64,000 nt of DNA from Malacoraja senta (Eukaryota). The stretch's first letter is position 1. Each line of letters begins with the position of its first letter. Position numbers and translations under genes: made by a program. The notes under the pieces are model-generated. The model ran no database searches and had not been told where the DNA came from. It saw nothing but the letters and a program-made list of their open reading frames with translations. Positions 24,191-38,650 of the stretch are shown in pieces. The stretch is taken from positions 125,736,001 to 125,800,000 of the forward strand of contig CM075977.1 of assembly GCA_038087875.1 (NCBI GenBank), given 5' to 3'.

Positions 24191-24667
24191 TAGGGTTGCC
24201 AACTGTCCCGTATTAGCTGGAACATCCCGTATATTGGGCTAAATTGGTTTGTCCCATACGGGACCGCCCTTGTCCTGTATTTTACTACTATTCGGGTCGA
24301 GGGGTCGGAGCGCCACGTCCGGCCCTGCTTCACCCGTACCGACGTGGTGCAGCCCATGGAGTACAGCAGCATCACCTAGCCCGTGGCCCCGTCGGTCGGC
24401 AGCCTGGCCAGCTGTCCGACCTTCACTTACCGCCGACACCACCACCCCTCCTTCTAATGGCCGATCATCGGTTCATGAGTTGGATCGGGTGCCGGACCAA
24501 AATTCCTCAGCTGGCCCGCCGGCCGGGCTTTGTGTGCAGTCCAGCACCCGGGCCAACTCATCATTCATCCAGCCACGGCCGAGTCGGTCAAAGAATTGCA
24601 ATCAGGAATTTGTCCCTTATTTTGACCATTTGTCCCTTATTTGGGAGTGAGAAAGTTGGCAACCCTA
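24191..24667. mobile_element. hAT (Blackjack-like) MITE
   Basis: TIR TAGGGTTGCCAACT; 8-bp TSD TAGTCTGA/TGGTCTGA. Confidence 0.85.
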
Positions 24668-24699
24668 TGGTCTGAGCTGCAAATGTTTTCAGTATATAA

Positions 24700-25589
24700 G
24701 GTGCTATATAAGTGGAAGTCATTGTAGTTTGTTTTTTGTGCACATCTCAGAGAATGTGCTAAGTCATTGCAGAAATGTTCTCTATTGGCAATCGTTGTAA
24801 TATAGCTTTTAATATGGAAATATTTCCCGAGAACAAAATGAGACTCATTATGAATAATTTATAAATTAGATATAAAAAAGGATACCTGACACTGTTGTGG
24901 ATTTTGCAAAGAATGTTTAGATCTGCAGTTTACAGGAAATTTTCAAAGAAAGCATCATCATTACTGATGAAGATTCTGCCACAGTCTGTCTTGTGTGCTC
25001 TGTAGCAGGCAAGAATAGCTAGATTTAATTTATAAAACTCCTTTATTTACAGTGCTTAAAAGCTACAGTACCTGATTAAATGCAGCAGAAATCTAATTTC
25101 TAATAAACAAACCTTTCTTTCGATGGAGATAGGTGGCTTGCCGCTGTATTGCTCTATGCATGAAAAGAACCCACCAGAAAGGCAGTACTTTCAGTTCCTC
25201 TGGGAGGTGCCTTCAATCTAGCTGCTAAACAGCAGCATAAACTGTGGGGGAGGTACTATAGCACTGACTTGTCTTCCAAGAGCATAACAGCCGGGCTAGG
25301 CAACTTCTGGGCAAATTTTTAACCAGCAGATAATTAATTGTTCAACCTATGTTATCACATGCTGAGAATGTGTTACTTTGCATCGAATTATTTTTTAAGT
25401 GGAAGATGTTTGGCTTGCAGAGAATGTCAGCAGGCTTGCATCATTAATTCAGGCTGCGAGTCCGTTTTGGGCTGAAAATGGCTGGCTTTGCTGGAATGTG
25501 GCAGACAGAAGAAGCTGGAAGCATTTGCACTATATGTATATGACTTAAATCCCGGGGAATTGCAATTCTGCATGCCAAAAGTCAGCACT
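24700..25589 (+). promoter_or_regulatory. MCC: Probable internal promoter / 5' UTR of the short MCC isoform
   Basis: Inferred: apparently repeat-free stretch directly upstream of the alternative first coding exon; no TSS identifiable. Confidence 0.45.
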
Positions 25590-25646
25590 ATGTACTCCGG
25601 AGTCGAAGTTAAATGTGGAACCGATTCAACGGCAGAGAAAAATGAG
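25590..25646 (+). CDS. MCC: MCC alternative first coding exon (short isoform), MYSGVEVKCGTDSTAEKNE
   Basis: 19 codons ending at GAG|gtgaga (phase 0); aligns without gaps to the recalled human short-isoform N-terminus MNSGVAMKYGNDSSAELSE; in-frame upstream ATG at 25572. Confidence 0.85.
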
Positions 25647-26214
25647 GTGAGAGCTGGATAACTATGGAAGAGGATTATGGGGCAGATGAAACTTTAATGG
25701 ACAGTGTGTTTTTGGACTTTTAAAGCTTGTATCATTAATCAGGAAATGATTTGGATGCTTTTGCATTGGCACGGTATTTATTCAGATTTGTCAGTAATAT
25801 AAATTGGTCAGAGAAATCTGTGCAGGAGACATTTAATGGTATTGCGAAAGAGATTCCTTTCGCATGAAACATTTATACTGGTTAAAGTTAAAATTCATTG
25901 TTCAATCTACAGGGTGTGAAGCTTGCAATTAAAATCTGCAGTAAATGACAAATACTGACGGCAGCTTTAGTCCTCTCTTCCGTTTGGCAGACAGTGATAT
26001 TCCAGATGTCAAGATGGATTTGATTGTTTTCCTAACTGGGGGAAGGGTCAGGAAGTAAAAGCTGTATGGGAGTTTAATGTTATAATGAAAGACTAACTGG
26101 AAGTCATTTTCCTTTTATGTTTTTAAGTACCTCCTCCCCTACAAATATTTAAATTGGCTGAAGTGAAGACATTGTCCAAGAAATTTAACGCTCTGTGAAT
26201 TTAATGTCAATTTA

Positions 26215-26660
26215 TAGTCATACAGCATGGAAACGGGCCCTTCGGCCCAACACGTCCATGTTGAACAAGATGCCTATCTAAGCTTGTCCCATTTGCCCAT
26301 ATTTGATCCATATTCTTCAATCTTTTCTATCCACGTATTTGTCCGAATATCTTTTAAATGTCTTTATGTATTTGCGTCAGCCACTTCCTCTGACAACTCA
26401 TTCCATGTACGTACCACACTCTGTGTGGGAAAAACTTGTCCCTCTGGTTCCTATTCAACTTTTCGCCCCTCGCCTTAAACCTATGCCCTCTAGTTCTTGA
26501 TTCCCCAACCCTGGAAAAAAGATTGTGTTCATTCACCTTATTGATGCCCCCCATGATTTTATTTACTTCTAAGATCACCCCTCAGTTCCTTTTCTCCAAT
26601 AGGGTCCTAGCATGGCCAAACTCTCCCTATAACCCAATCCCTCGAATCCTAGCTTTGTGG
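26215..26660 (-). mobile_element. CR1 3' end fragment
   Basis: GESRTRGHRFK motif and CR1 3' UTR. Confidence 0.8.
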
Positions 26661-29600
26661 AATTTTTCCAAACATGGCATTTAACTATGCTTCTCTATAT
26701 TTACATTTGGGGAGATGATGACTTCTTAACTGCCCCCATATTTTTGATCTTTTTAAACCGACTAAGACATGATAAACAGGATTTTATACCTGATAGGTAT
26801 CCTAATATAACTTTGAATCTTCTCACATGGCAGTCACCTGAGTTTTACAAGAAAAATGCGAGAATACCATGTGTAACTGTGTTTCTCTGTGCAGGTGCCT
26901 CCAATTTTGGGATTATGGCACATATTTGCATGACTGTCAAAATCCTGAACTTGCTGTCAGCTGGACAGCAGTTGAATGGTGTCTTCCCAACTGTGATCTG
27001 ACTTTTGACTCCCAATGGGTGTGAAGTTGCATCAGTTCCCTCATTCATGATTGGGCATATCCCAAACAAACAACATCAAGTTAGACCTGGTGTAGTAATA
27101 GTTTGTTCATTTAAATGGAGAGGAACAGCTGCAAGGAATCCATGTCAGTTTTATTTACTCCTTAAACATTATTATACACTGGATGCATTTTAAATTGTGT
27201 ATAAGGCTTTTGTTTTGAAATAAAATTGTTAAAATAGTTAAAAACGAAGGATTTGAATGTTAGAAACATTCATAAATGTTTTGATAGTTGACCAAGCCAA
27301 GGACAGATATTGGACAGTCATCAGTTTTTTCAGCTGCATTGTAGGTGGGACTTAAATATGATTACAGTATTTATTCCTGAAATGCCTTGCCTTCATGGAG
27401 GATCTCCACACTGAGGAAAGAGCTGATTTTGTACAAGTTGTCCCTGGGACTGAGATGAGAATATATTTCTTCACCCAGTGGGTCATAAATATTTGGAATT
27501 CTCGACTGTGGAGCTTCAGTCGCTGAATGTGTCCAAAATAAAGATAGCTAGGTTTGTTTGGAAATTGAGTTATCAGGTTGTTACCAGAAAATGATACTGA
27601 AATAAAAGATCAGTCATTTACATGGTGGAGTGAACTGAATGGTCAACCCTTATTCATATTTTAAATTATAATGGTATAATTTCAGAGTTCTATCAGGAGA
27701 TAAATTGTCAGTTCTAGATTATGAAAATTTAAAATTATTTATTGTTTATTTTCATTCCCCTTTGGGGATTTAAAAAATATAAATCTATATAATTGCCTGA
27801 GGAAGCTGATACCAAAAATTGAATGAAGGTTTTGATATTGTTATTTAAAATCAATGTTTGGTCTGTTGGTGTGGCTAGGAAGATCAACATTTATTGGGGA
27901 ATTACCTAGAACCATGCAGTTCTTTAATAGATGGTACCCCCATAATGTTGATGTGCAGTGAGTTCCAGAATTTAAACCAATGATGATGAAGGAACTGCAA
28001 TATATTTTCAAGTCAGGGTAATGTGAAACTTGCAGGGGAATCTGCAGTTGCCGTTCTTCCCATCAACTTGCTGCTTTTCTATCCCTTGTTTGGCATATAC
28101 TGTTGGATATTTTAAGATGTGTGACTTCAAAGTCCGAGGTATACACAGTAACCTTGGTGCGCCAGTGAGAGAGGGAATAAAATCTTTAGGGTGGTGGGTG
28201 TTGACAATTAAGCAATTACTTTGTCCTGGGCATTGCTGAATTGTATGTGTTCAAAGTAATTTCCAGTAACGTGGAAATTATTCTGTCATGCTTTAGACTT
28301 GCCTTGTTGATGTTGGAAAGTCTTTGGGCAGTTATGTAGTGAGTTAGCCTCTGACATGCTCTTTTGGCTACAGTACTTATTTTACTCCTCCAACTGAGTT
28401 TCTGTTCAGGATGTTATCTGGTAGGTGATTCAGTGTGGATAACATAGTTGAATGTCGGGATACGTGGTTAGGTTCTTGTTGCCGATAATTGTGGCCTGGC
28501 ACTTGGGGTGGTACATGGAGCCTGGATGTTGTCCAGGTCTTGCTGCAGGCAAGCATGGACTTGTTTCATAGAGTTACAAAATTGCAGTTAGGTTGGGCAA
28601 TAAATGCAGGCCTTAACAGCAATGACCACATCCCCCCAAAATAATGATTATATACTGGCATTGGCAGTTAATGTTGAGTAAACGCCACTATGTCACTGTA
28701 TATTACCTCCAATAGGTTTCATATTTTCTGAGGAGTTAAAATGATAAAATGCTACATAATTTCATTGTCACAACTGTGTTTCTGTTGTGCCGTATGAAAT
28801 AAATTGATGCAGTATAAAAGAGAAAGTTATTTGAGTAATATGAGCCCAAATCTCTGTGTTAATACTGGTGAACTATCTCCAATGAAAATCTGGCAATGAT
28901 GTTCTTTCTCTGTGCGATATTAAAATATTTCCATCTGTTTTTAGCAAAAGCATAACCACTTAAGGAAAGTTGGCATTTTAAGGGGAGGTGCTGATTTGTA
29001 TGACAGGCTGGATTTCATGAAAGACGGGGCTATGTCTGCAACTGCAGAGCTGAACTGCAACTGCAGATCAGAGCAATGCTGCCTGATCCAAATGTTTTCC
29101 TAATTTTTCGTTTTTCCAGCATCTACAGTTTTGTTGCACAGGATGAAACAACATTTATACTCATGGTTTAAAGTTTGGATAATGAACGTACAAGAAAAGC
29201 TCTAATCTCTCTGGTAGACTGAAATAATATGGTTAATACACAGTATTTACCAAATGCTTTTTGGTGGTAGTGATGGATATTTAATTTGTACCTGATTTGG
29301 ATAACTAACATCTATCTAATCGTGATACATTGCAATCAACTGAAAAATGTATTTCTGCAACATATGCATGAGTGCATTTGGGTGCTTTTAGTTTTGTTAA
29401 TAAATTGGTAAATGGAGGTACAGATTAATAATTTGATGGTGCATGATTGGGCCATAAACGAGTATTTTAAACTTAAATATGGGACATTATAAGAGTGTGA
29501 AAGAAGAGTTGTTAGGAGTGAACTGGCAAATTAGGTTAAGAGAAGATTAATTGAGAACCAGTAGGAGACATCGGAGGGGATCTGTTGGAATGTGCAGAAT

Positions 29601-30674
29601 GAAATATCCCAACAAGAAAGAAAAAATCCGGGGGGTGGATCAGCATCTTTGGTTAATCAAAAAAGTTTAAAGTAGTATCATATTTGCAGAATAAGCATAT
29701 ATGCAGAGACAGATGGAAGCCAGAAGGTTAGCTAAAAAATGTAAAAGCAACGAATGACTGAAAAATTAATATGGAAGGAAGGATGAAAGAATTTTAATGA
29801 CAAAGGAACACTGAAGAATGTTAACTTAACAGGAAAACTTAATTGAAGAATTTAAAAATAAGGATTCAAGAAATTGAAAAGAATATGGTGGCATAGTGTG
29901 ACATCAATAGAACTGTCTCACAGCTCCAATGACTTGTGCTCAATCTGACCTCTGGTGCTGTTTGGTTTGTACGTTCTCCATGTGACATCTGGCTGCTAAA
30001 GATGTGCAGGTGGTAAATTAATTGGTCCCTATGAATTGCCGCTAATGTGTTGATGACAGGTAGAATCTGAGGGAATTAATGAATATATGGAAAATATCAT
30101 GGGATTATCACAGGATTATGCGTAAATGGGTGCTTGATGGTCCACATGTTTTCAATAGGCTGAAGATCGTTTCTGCGGTGCATAACTATAAAATAAAGGC
30201 AGGCCAAAATGTGAATGCAGTGAGTTTCTATTGATCTTCAAATATAAGACTTGATCCTATAGAAAGCGAGTCTGAGGAATAATTAATCAAAAATAAGGAG
30301 ATGTAGGATGAATTAAATAAGCATTTTGCATTGATCTTCATTAGGGACGATACATTTAACAACCCAGATATTGATTAAATTATGAAAATTAGACTGGTGA
30401 AGGAAGTGATAGCAGGTTATGTGCACACGTCCCGAAGTACAGTATGCTATGTCCAGCTCCTCCACTCTTCTTGCTTTCTTCCCCATCCAACCTTGCAATC
30501 TGTCTGAAGGAAGGGTCCCGACCCAAAAACTTGACCTATCCATATTCTCCAGGGAAGGTGGCCTAACCCTCAGAAAAACTCCAGCATTTTGTCTCTTGTT
30601 TTTAATCCTAAATTCTGATGAACTTCCATCCGAAGAGCTTAAAGTGAGTAAATAGTGGGCGAGTTGATGCATAA

Positions 30675-31121
30675 AAGGCCTGTCTCACGAGTCTGCGGTC
30701 ATTGGCGGTGATACAGGAAGTATCTACCGCTCGTGGACCGCCAGAGACAGCGGGTTCGGTCAAACGACCACCGCCGGGGCCGTGCGGCGTTTGTCCCAAC
30801 ACCGCACGGTGCTAAAAAAAGTCAGCACTGTCCAAAAATAATTTCTTACCGCACAGCCGCCGTCAGTGAGGCACGAGTGCGGCACGGTCACCGCCACAGC
30901 CGCCGCCAGTGAGGCACGAGCGCCGGGAGTTGAACTCTCACCGCCACAGCCACCGCCAGTGAGGCATGTGTGCGGCACGGCCGCCGCCACAGCCCCGCGA
31001 TCCGAAAGACGTCATCGCGTAGCGCGTCGCGTTGGCGCGATGACGTAATCACCCGACGCCGCAAGCTCGTGGAACCGGCCGCTTCACCGCCAATGACCGC
31101 AACACCGTGAGACAGAGCCTT
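30675..31121. mobile_element. PIF/Harbinger-type MITE (CTGTCTCACG TIR subfamily)
   Basis: ~45-bp imperfect TIR AAGGC(T)CTGTCTCACG..GCGGTCATTGGCGGTGA; TAA/TAG flanks. Confidence 0.75.
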
Positions 31122-31659
31122 TAGATTTAATTTTACAAAATTCCCCAGATTTTGAAGGTTTCATTAGCTTAGAAAATAATGAATGTAAGTCCTTTATTCA
31201 AGAATGAAGACTGGCATTAGATAGAAAGCCCTAGGCTGTTTAGCTTAATTAACATCTGACATAAGGAGAAAGTTAGAAGATGTTATTAAAAGCATTTTAG
31301 TAGGACGTTTGGAAAAAATTCAAGTAACCAATGTGGTTTTGTGAAAGATAAATTGTGCTTGAACAAATGTGCTATAGATAAAGTGAACTACTGGATACAC
31401 TAAGATTTCAAGAAGTAATTTGAAATGGTGCCACATCAAATGAAAGCCGGAGGGAGGTAACATGTTAGAATGGATAAAAGATTGGTTGAATAACAGGAAA
31501 AGGCAGGCAGAGGTAGATATTTCTTTGGTCAGCGGGATATAATATGCTGCGCTTCGACATTTTACAATTTATTATCAATAAGTTGGATGAACCCTGGTTG
31601 CTAAATTTGTTGATGATACTGTAGTCAAAGGATTTTAAAAGATCAGGACAGAAGAATGT

Positions 31660-34600
31660 GAGTAAATTGTGAGTCTTTGGCTCGAGAGTCTTTGGCGAGG
31701 AGGGCTGAGGAGAGGAGACTACTCAAAAAGCTGGTCAAAAAGACGGGACGCGGTGAACACATGACGGGTAAGATGAGACAGTATGATGCTTGCAAGATGT
31801 GGAAGCCCAGGGACATGGATGGAGCCTCTTGCTGCTACATCTGTGGCAAGTGTGTCCAGGTTCAGCTCCTGAAGGACCTTGTTGGGGCACTGGAGAAGCA
31901 GCTGGATGACCTCAGGGCCATCCAGGAAACGAGCGTTTCCTGGACAGGACCTACAGTGAGGTTGTCACGCTGAGGATACGGGACGAACAAAGTTGTGTGA
32001 CTGAGAGAAAAGGTGGAACAGAGAGATAGGGGATCTGAATGTGTGGCTGAGGGGCTGGTACAGGGAGCAAGGATTTAGATTTATAGACCATAGGGATCTC
32101 TTCTGGGGTAGGGGTGACCTGTACAAAAGGGACAGGTTACACCTTAACTGGAGGGGGACCGACGTTCTGGCAGGCAGGTTTGCTAGGGATACACGTGTGG
32201 GTTTAAACTATATAGTGGGGGGGGGGGGGGGGAGAGGGATTAACAAATTGGGATTATAAAGATGGAGTTGAAGGGGAAGTGAGTATAAGAAAAGGTACAA
32301 AAGACTCGAATTAATGAGAAGGAAAGTTCGAGAAGGGATAAAAGATTATGGTCAGGGCCAATTGCGAGCAGTGCGAGAGGGGAGGCAAATATGCGCGAAT
32401 TATAAGAAATAAAGTGGACGAGCTTGAGGCTCAGTTAGAAATTGGTAAGTATGATGTTGTGGGAATTACAGAGACATGGCTGCAAGGATTTGAGTATAGG
32501 AGCAGGGAGGTTCTACTGCAGTTGTACAGGGTCTTGGTGAGACTACACCTGGAGTATTGCGTACAATTTTGGTCTCCTAATCTGAGGAAGGACATTCCTG
32601 CCATAGAGGGAGTACAGAGAAGATTCACCAGACTGATTCCTGGGATGTCAGGACTTTCATATGAGGAAAGACTGGATAGACTTGGCTTGTACTCGCTGGA
32701 ATTTAGAAGACTGAGGGGGGGTCTTATAGAAACGTACAAAATTCTTAAGGGGTTGGACAGGCTAGATGCAGGAAGATTGTTCCCAATGTTGGGGGAGTCC
32801 AGAACAAGGGGTCACAATTTAAGGATAAAGGGGAAATCTTTTAGGACTGAGATGAGAAAAACAATTTTTACACAGAGAGTGGTGAATCTCTGGAATTCTC
32901 TGCCACAGAATGTAGTTGAGGCCAGTTCATTGGCTATATTTAAGAGGGAGTTAGATGTGGCCCTTGTGGCTAAAGGGATCAGGGGGTATGGAGAGAAAGC
33001 AGGTACAGGATACTGAGTTGGATGATCAGCCATGATCATATTGGATGGCGGTGCAGGCTCGAAGGGCCGAATGGCCTACTCCTGCACCTATCAATATGGA
33101 TAGAACTAAGGAATTGTAAGGGTAAAAAGACTCTAATGACCCTATCTACAGGCCCCCAAACAGTAGCCTGGATATAGGGTGCAAGTTGAAACAGATATAG
33201 GGTGCGAGTTAAAATTGGCATTTCGTAAAGGTAATGCTGTGGTTGTTATGGGAGATTTCAACATGCAGGTCGACTGGGAAAATCAGGATGGTACTAGACC
33301 CCAAGAAAGGGAGTTTGTGGAGTGCCTCCGTGATGGATTCTTAGAGCAGCTTGTATTGTATAAGGCAATTCTGGATTTAGTGTTATGTAATGAACCGGAT
33401 TTGATAAAGGAACTTGAGGTTAAGGAGCCATTAGGAGGTAGTGACCATAATATGGTAAGTTTTCATCTACAATTGGAGAGGGAGAAGGGTAAATCGGAGG
33501 TGTCTGTGTTACAGTTGAACAAAGAGGACTATGGAGCTAGGAGGGAGGAGCTGGCCAAAGTTGACCTGAAAGATACACTAGCAGGGATGACAGTGGAACA
33601 AAATTGGCAGGTATTTCTGGGAATAATACAGAAGGTGAAGGATCAGTTCATTCCAAAGAGGAAGAAAGATTCCAAGGGGGGTAAAGGGCGACCATGGCTG
33701 ACAAGGGACGTCAGGGACAGTATAAAAATTAAAGAGATTTAATTTAATGAAGCAAAGATGAGCGGGAAGCAAGAGGATTGGGTAATGTTTAAAGAGCAAC
33801 AGAAGATAACTAAAAAGGCAATACGGGGAGAAACGATGAGGTACGAAGGTAAGCTAGCCAAGAATATAAAGGAGGATAGTAAAAGCTTCTTTAGGTATGT
33901 GAAGAGGAAAAAATTAGTTAAGACCAAAGTTGGACCCTTGAAGACTGAAAAAGGTGAATTTATTATGGGGAACAAGGAAATGGAAGATGAGTTGAACAGG
34001 TACTTTGGATCTGTTTTAATGAAGGACACCACAAACAATCTTCCTGATATACTAGTGGCCAGAGGACCTGGGGTGACGGAGGAACTGAAGGAAATCCACA
34101 TTAGGGAGGAAATGGTGTTGGGTAGACTGATGGGACTGAAGGCTGATAAATTCCCAGGGCCTGATGGTCTGCATCCCATGTTACTTAAGGAAGTGGCTCT
34201 AGAAATCATGGATGCATTGGTGATAATTTTCCAATGTTCTATAGATTCAGGATCAGTTCCTGTGGATTGGAGGGTAGCAAATGTTATCCCACTTTTTAAG
34301 AAAGGCAGGGAGAGAAAACGGAATTATAGACCAGTTGGCCTGACATCGGTGGTGGGGAAGATGCTGGAGTCAATTATAAAAGATGAAATAGCGGCACATT
34401 TGGATAGCAGTAACAGGATCGGTCCGAGTCAGCATGGATTTACGAAGGGGAAATCATGCATGATTAATCTTCTGGAATTTTTTGAGGATGTAAGTAGGAA
34501 AATGGACAAGGGAGAGCCAGTGGATGTAGTGTACCTGGACTTTCAGAAAGCATTTGATAAGGTCCCACATAGGAGATTAGTGGGCAAAATTAGGGCACAT

Positions 34601-35765
34601 GGTATTGGGGGTAGAGTGCTGACATGGATAGAAAATAGGTTGGCAGACAGGAAACAAAGAGTAGGGATTAACGAGTCCCTTTCAGAATGGCAGGCAGTGA
34701 CTAGTGGGGTACCACAAGGCTCGGTGCTGGGACTGCAGCTATTTACAATATACATCAATGATTTAGATGAAGGGATTCAAAGTAACATTAGCAAATTTGC
34801 AGATGACATAAAGCTGGGTGGCAGTGTGAACTGTGAGGAGGATGCTATGAGAATGCAGGGTGACTTGGACAGGTTGGGGGAGTGGGCAGATGCATGGCAG
34901 ATGCAGTTTAATGTGGATAAATGTGAGGTTATCCACTTTGTTAGCAAAAACTGGAAGACAGATTACTATTTAAATGCTGTCAACTTGGGAAAAGGGGAAG
35001 TACAACGGGATCTGTGGGTCCTTGTTCATCAGTCAATGAAAGTAAGCATGCAGGTACAGCAGGTAGTGAAGAAAGCGAGTGGCATGTTGGCCTTTATAAA
35101 AGAGGAGTATAGGAGCAAAGAGGTCCTTCTGCAGTTGTATATGGCCCTAGTGAGACCACACCTGGAGTAGTTTTGGTCCCCTAATTTGAGGAAGGACATT
35201 GTGCAGTTGAGGAAGGACAGTGTGCAGTTTTGGTCCCCTAATTTGAGGAAGGACATTCTTGCTATTGAGGGAGTGCAGCATAGGTTTACAAGGTTAATTC
35301 CTGGGATGGCGGGACTGTCATATGCTGAGAGAATGGAGCGGCTGGGCTTGTATACTCTGGAGTTTAGAAGGATGAGACATCTTATTGAAACATATAATAT
35401 TATTAAGGGGTTTGGACTCGCTAGAAGCAGGAAACATGTTCCCGATGTTGGGGGAAGTCCAGAACCAGGGGCCACAGTTTAAGAATAAGGGGTAAGTCAT
35501 TTAGAATGAAGACGAGGAAACACTTTTTCTCACAGAGAGTTGTGAGTCTGTGGAATTCTCTGCCTCAGAGGGCGGTGGAGGCCGGTTCTCTGGATACTTT
35601 CAAGAGAGAGCTCGATTGGGCTCTTAAAGATAGTGGAGTCCGGGGATATGGGGAGAAGGCAGGAACGGGGTACTGATTGGGATAATCAGCCATGATCACA
35701 TTGAATGGCGGTGCTGGCTTGAAGGGCCGAATGGTCTACTCCTGCACCTATTGTCTATTGTCTAT
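31660..35765 (+). mobile_element. Degenerate full-span CR1 (deleted ORF1, EN, RT, tail) containing a younger CR1 3' piece at ~32487-33091
   Basis: ORF1 zinc finger at 31761 and DRLHLN at ~32130; ITETWL and GDFN endonuclease motifs; 470-aa RT ORF; (ATTGTCT)n tail. Confidence 0.9.
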
Positions 35766-35953
35766 AATGTACATTTTTTTCAGCTTGAACAAGCATTTTG
35801 AGATTGCCAATACAAGAGGTTGATGATGTTTGTAGTTTTCTGAGAACGTTAAGTAAATATAAGGAGACAGATCATTTAATTGAAAGCACAAATTTCATGT
35901 CATCACAGAATTATGCAGAAGAACAGGACTTTTAAGAGGCCAGCCAATTACTA

Positions 35954-36274
35954 AAGGTCCCACTGTACGAGGTAATTCAAGAGTTCTCCCGAGTTTTCCG
36001 CTGATTTGAACTCGGAGAATGTCTGTAGCGGGTCCTTAGGAGTTCGTGGATGTCTCGTAGTGGCTCGTACGAGTAAAAAGTAACCATTTATTTCATCACG
36101 AGTATTTTTTAGTCGTGGACATTTTTCACAGTGTTGAAAAAACGTCACGAGTTTACCGGATTTCCCGAGTACCTACCGTTACTTGTACGAGCCGCTACGG
36201 ACATTCTCCGAGTTCGCATCAGGGGAAAACTCGGGAGAACTCTTGATTTACCTCGTACAGTGGGACAGGCCCTT
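35954..36274. mobile_element. PIF/Harbinger-type MITE
   Basis: ~60-bp TIR GTCCCACTGTACGAGGTAA(T)TCAAGAGTTCTCCCGAGTTTTCC. Confidence 0.8.
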
Positions 36275-36589
36275 TAGGCTCCACAGTTAACGAGATGATG
36301 TGAGTTTCAGTTGGACAAGCTGAAAGCAGTTTGCTTCCTTGAGTGACTGTTCTTGAGTGGGTGTATAAAAGGAAGTGGAGCAGTCATATGGAGGTGAAGT
36401 GCAATGTGGAGAGTTAGTGCAAGGCATTGGTTTAAAATGCCATGTTTAGATCAAGTGTTAGGTCTTAGCTTGAAGTACTGTGTGGAGAATAAGTGCAAGG
36501 CATTGGCTCAATAGACTTCGGCATAGAGGGTGACTAATGGCCTAAGGTACCATCTGTTTTTTTTACATAAACTTTCTATGCTCTAGTGC

Positions 36590-38650
36590 AGTAAAGATGG
36601 GAGTTATGCTTCTCCTACAGGATGTTGGGAATCAAGGAAACTTCCAGTGTCCATGAAGATGACACCTGTGGTTGGTGGCCCAGCTACAGATCCTTGCAGA
36701 CCATGTTGGGCAACTGGAGCAACAGCTGGATGACTTCATGATCGCCTGAGAGACTGGGGGGGGGGGTGGAGATCACAGATAGATAGTGAAGTTGTTACAC
36801 CTTAGATATAGGGCAGAGAGTAAGCACAAAGTACTGGAGTTCCCTGTGGCCACTCCTATTTACAGCAGGTATGTCCCTTTGATTACTGTTAGGGAGGATG
36901 ATCAGTCAGGGCAGGGCTGCAGCAGTCAGGTCTGTAACATCAAGTCTAGCTCTGAGGCACAGCGGGGAAGGGTAAATTCAGGCCGAGCGATTGTGCTAGG
37001 AAACCCGCTAATTAATTGCGCAAGCGATTCTGTGGCAGCGAATTGAGACTCCAGGATGGTGTGTTGCCTCCCTGGTGGCAGGGTCCAGGATGTCTCGAAG
37101 CAACCGGAAGTTGTGCACACAAATTACATCGTAGGGAAAGGAATGAAGTCCTGTAAAAGGAATATAGGGAGTTGAGCAGAAGATTATAAAACAGGACTTT
37201 GAGGGTGGTAATGTCTGGATTACACCCTGTGCCACGTGCTAGTGATGGTAGGAGTAGGAAAATAAACCTGGTGAATTGCAGGCCTTGGTGCAGGGGGCAC
37301 GGATTCTGATTTTTAGACCATCGGGATGTCTTCTGGGGCGGAGGCGACCTGTACAAGAGGGACGGGTTGCATCTGAACTGGAGGGTGATCAGTATCCTTG
37401 TTGGTGCTACACGAGAGGATTTAAACCAGAGAGACAGGCGTGGGAGGGAATTGTGGGAGCCTAGATGATTTTTGCGACTTCTCTAGCTACAGGAGCTCCC
37501 GGAGGACTGGAGAGTAATGCTAATGTTCCTCTTTTTAAGAAGGGAAATAGAGAGATTCTAGATAATTAAAGTCCCAGTGGTAAGCTACTGAAGAGGATTC
37601 TTCAGGATAGGATTTGCACCCATTTGGAAGAGAATGAGTTAATTAGGGACTGTCAGCTTGGCTTTGTACATGACAGGTCATGTCTTACTAACTTTTTTTA
37701 GGAGGTGACGAAGGTGATGGATGCGGTGGATGTTGTTGACATGGATTTTAGTAAACCATTTCATAAGGTTCCCATGGTAGGCTGATCCAGAAGATTAAGA
37801 TACACAGGATTAACAGTGACTTGGTCATATGGATTCAGAGATACCTTACTCGTAGATAATAGAGGGTTGTGGTGGAAGGACAATGTTCAGGCTAGAAGTC
37901 TGTGACCATTGTTCTGCAGGGATCTATGTTGGGACCTCTGCTGTTTGTGATATAAATAAATGAATGTAAATAGGTGAGTTAAGTTTGCAGATGGTGCCAA
38001 CATTTCTGGGGTTGCAGACGGTGAGGAAGTGTACAACGGGATATAGATTAGATACAGAAATGGGCCGAGAAATAGCAGATAGAGTTTAATCCATGCAAGT
38101 ATGATGTGTTACACTTTGGGAGGTTGAATGTAAGGGGAAAATATATACAATTAACGGCATGCCCAATAACAGCATTGAAGTTCAGAGGGTTCATGGGGTC
38201 AAAGCCCCCTGAAAGTGGCAATACAAGCAGATAGAGTGATAAAGAATGCTTGCTTTTGTAGGCCGGGGCATGACGTATAATAATCGGGAAATCGTGATGC
38301 AACTTCATAGAACTTTGGTTAGGCTGCATTTGTAGTATTGCGTGCAGTTCTGATTGCCACATTACAGGAAGGATATGGAGGCTTTGGAAAGGGCGCAGAA
38401 GAGGCTTACCATAATGATGCCTGGATATGGGGATATTAGTTACAGGGCTGGACAGACTTGGATTGTTTTCTCTGGAACGCCAGAGGTTGTCGAGAAACCT
38501 GTTAGAAGTTTATAAAATTATGAGATACATAGATAGGGTAGACAGAATGGAAAAAAATAAATACTGTAGGACATTGCTTTAAAGTGAGAGGAGCAAAATT
38601 TAAACGAAATGTGCGGAGCAAGTTTTTTTTTACACAGATGGTGGTAGGTG
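36590..38650 (+). mobile_element. Old CR1 copy (ORF1 remnant joined to RT remnant, endonuclease deleted)
   Basis: RMVCCLPG, ISGL.PVPRA and DLYKRDGLHLN remnants, then an eroded RT. Confidence 0.85.

Noticed and set aside
1-25500. Upstream EF-hand exons of the long MCC isoform
   Set aside because: None recognised in the window; presumably further upstream.
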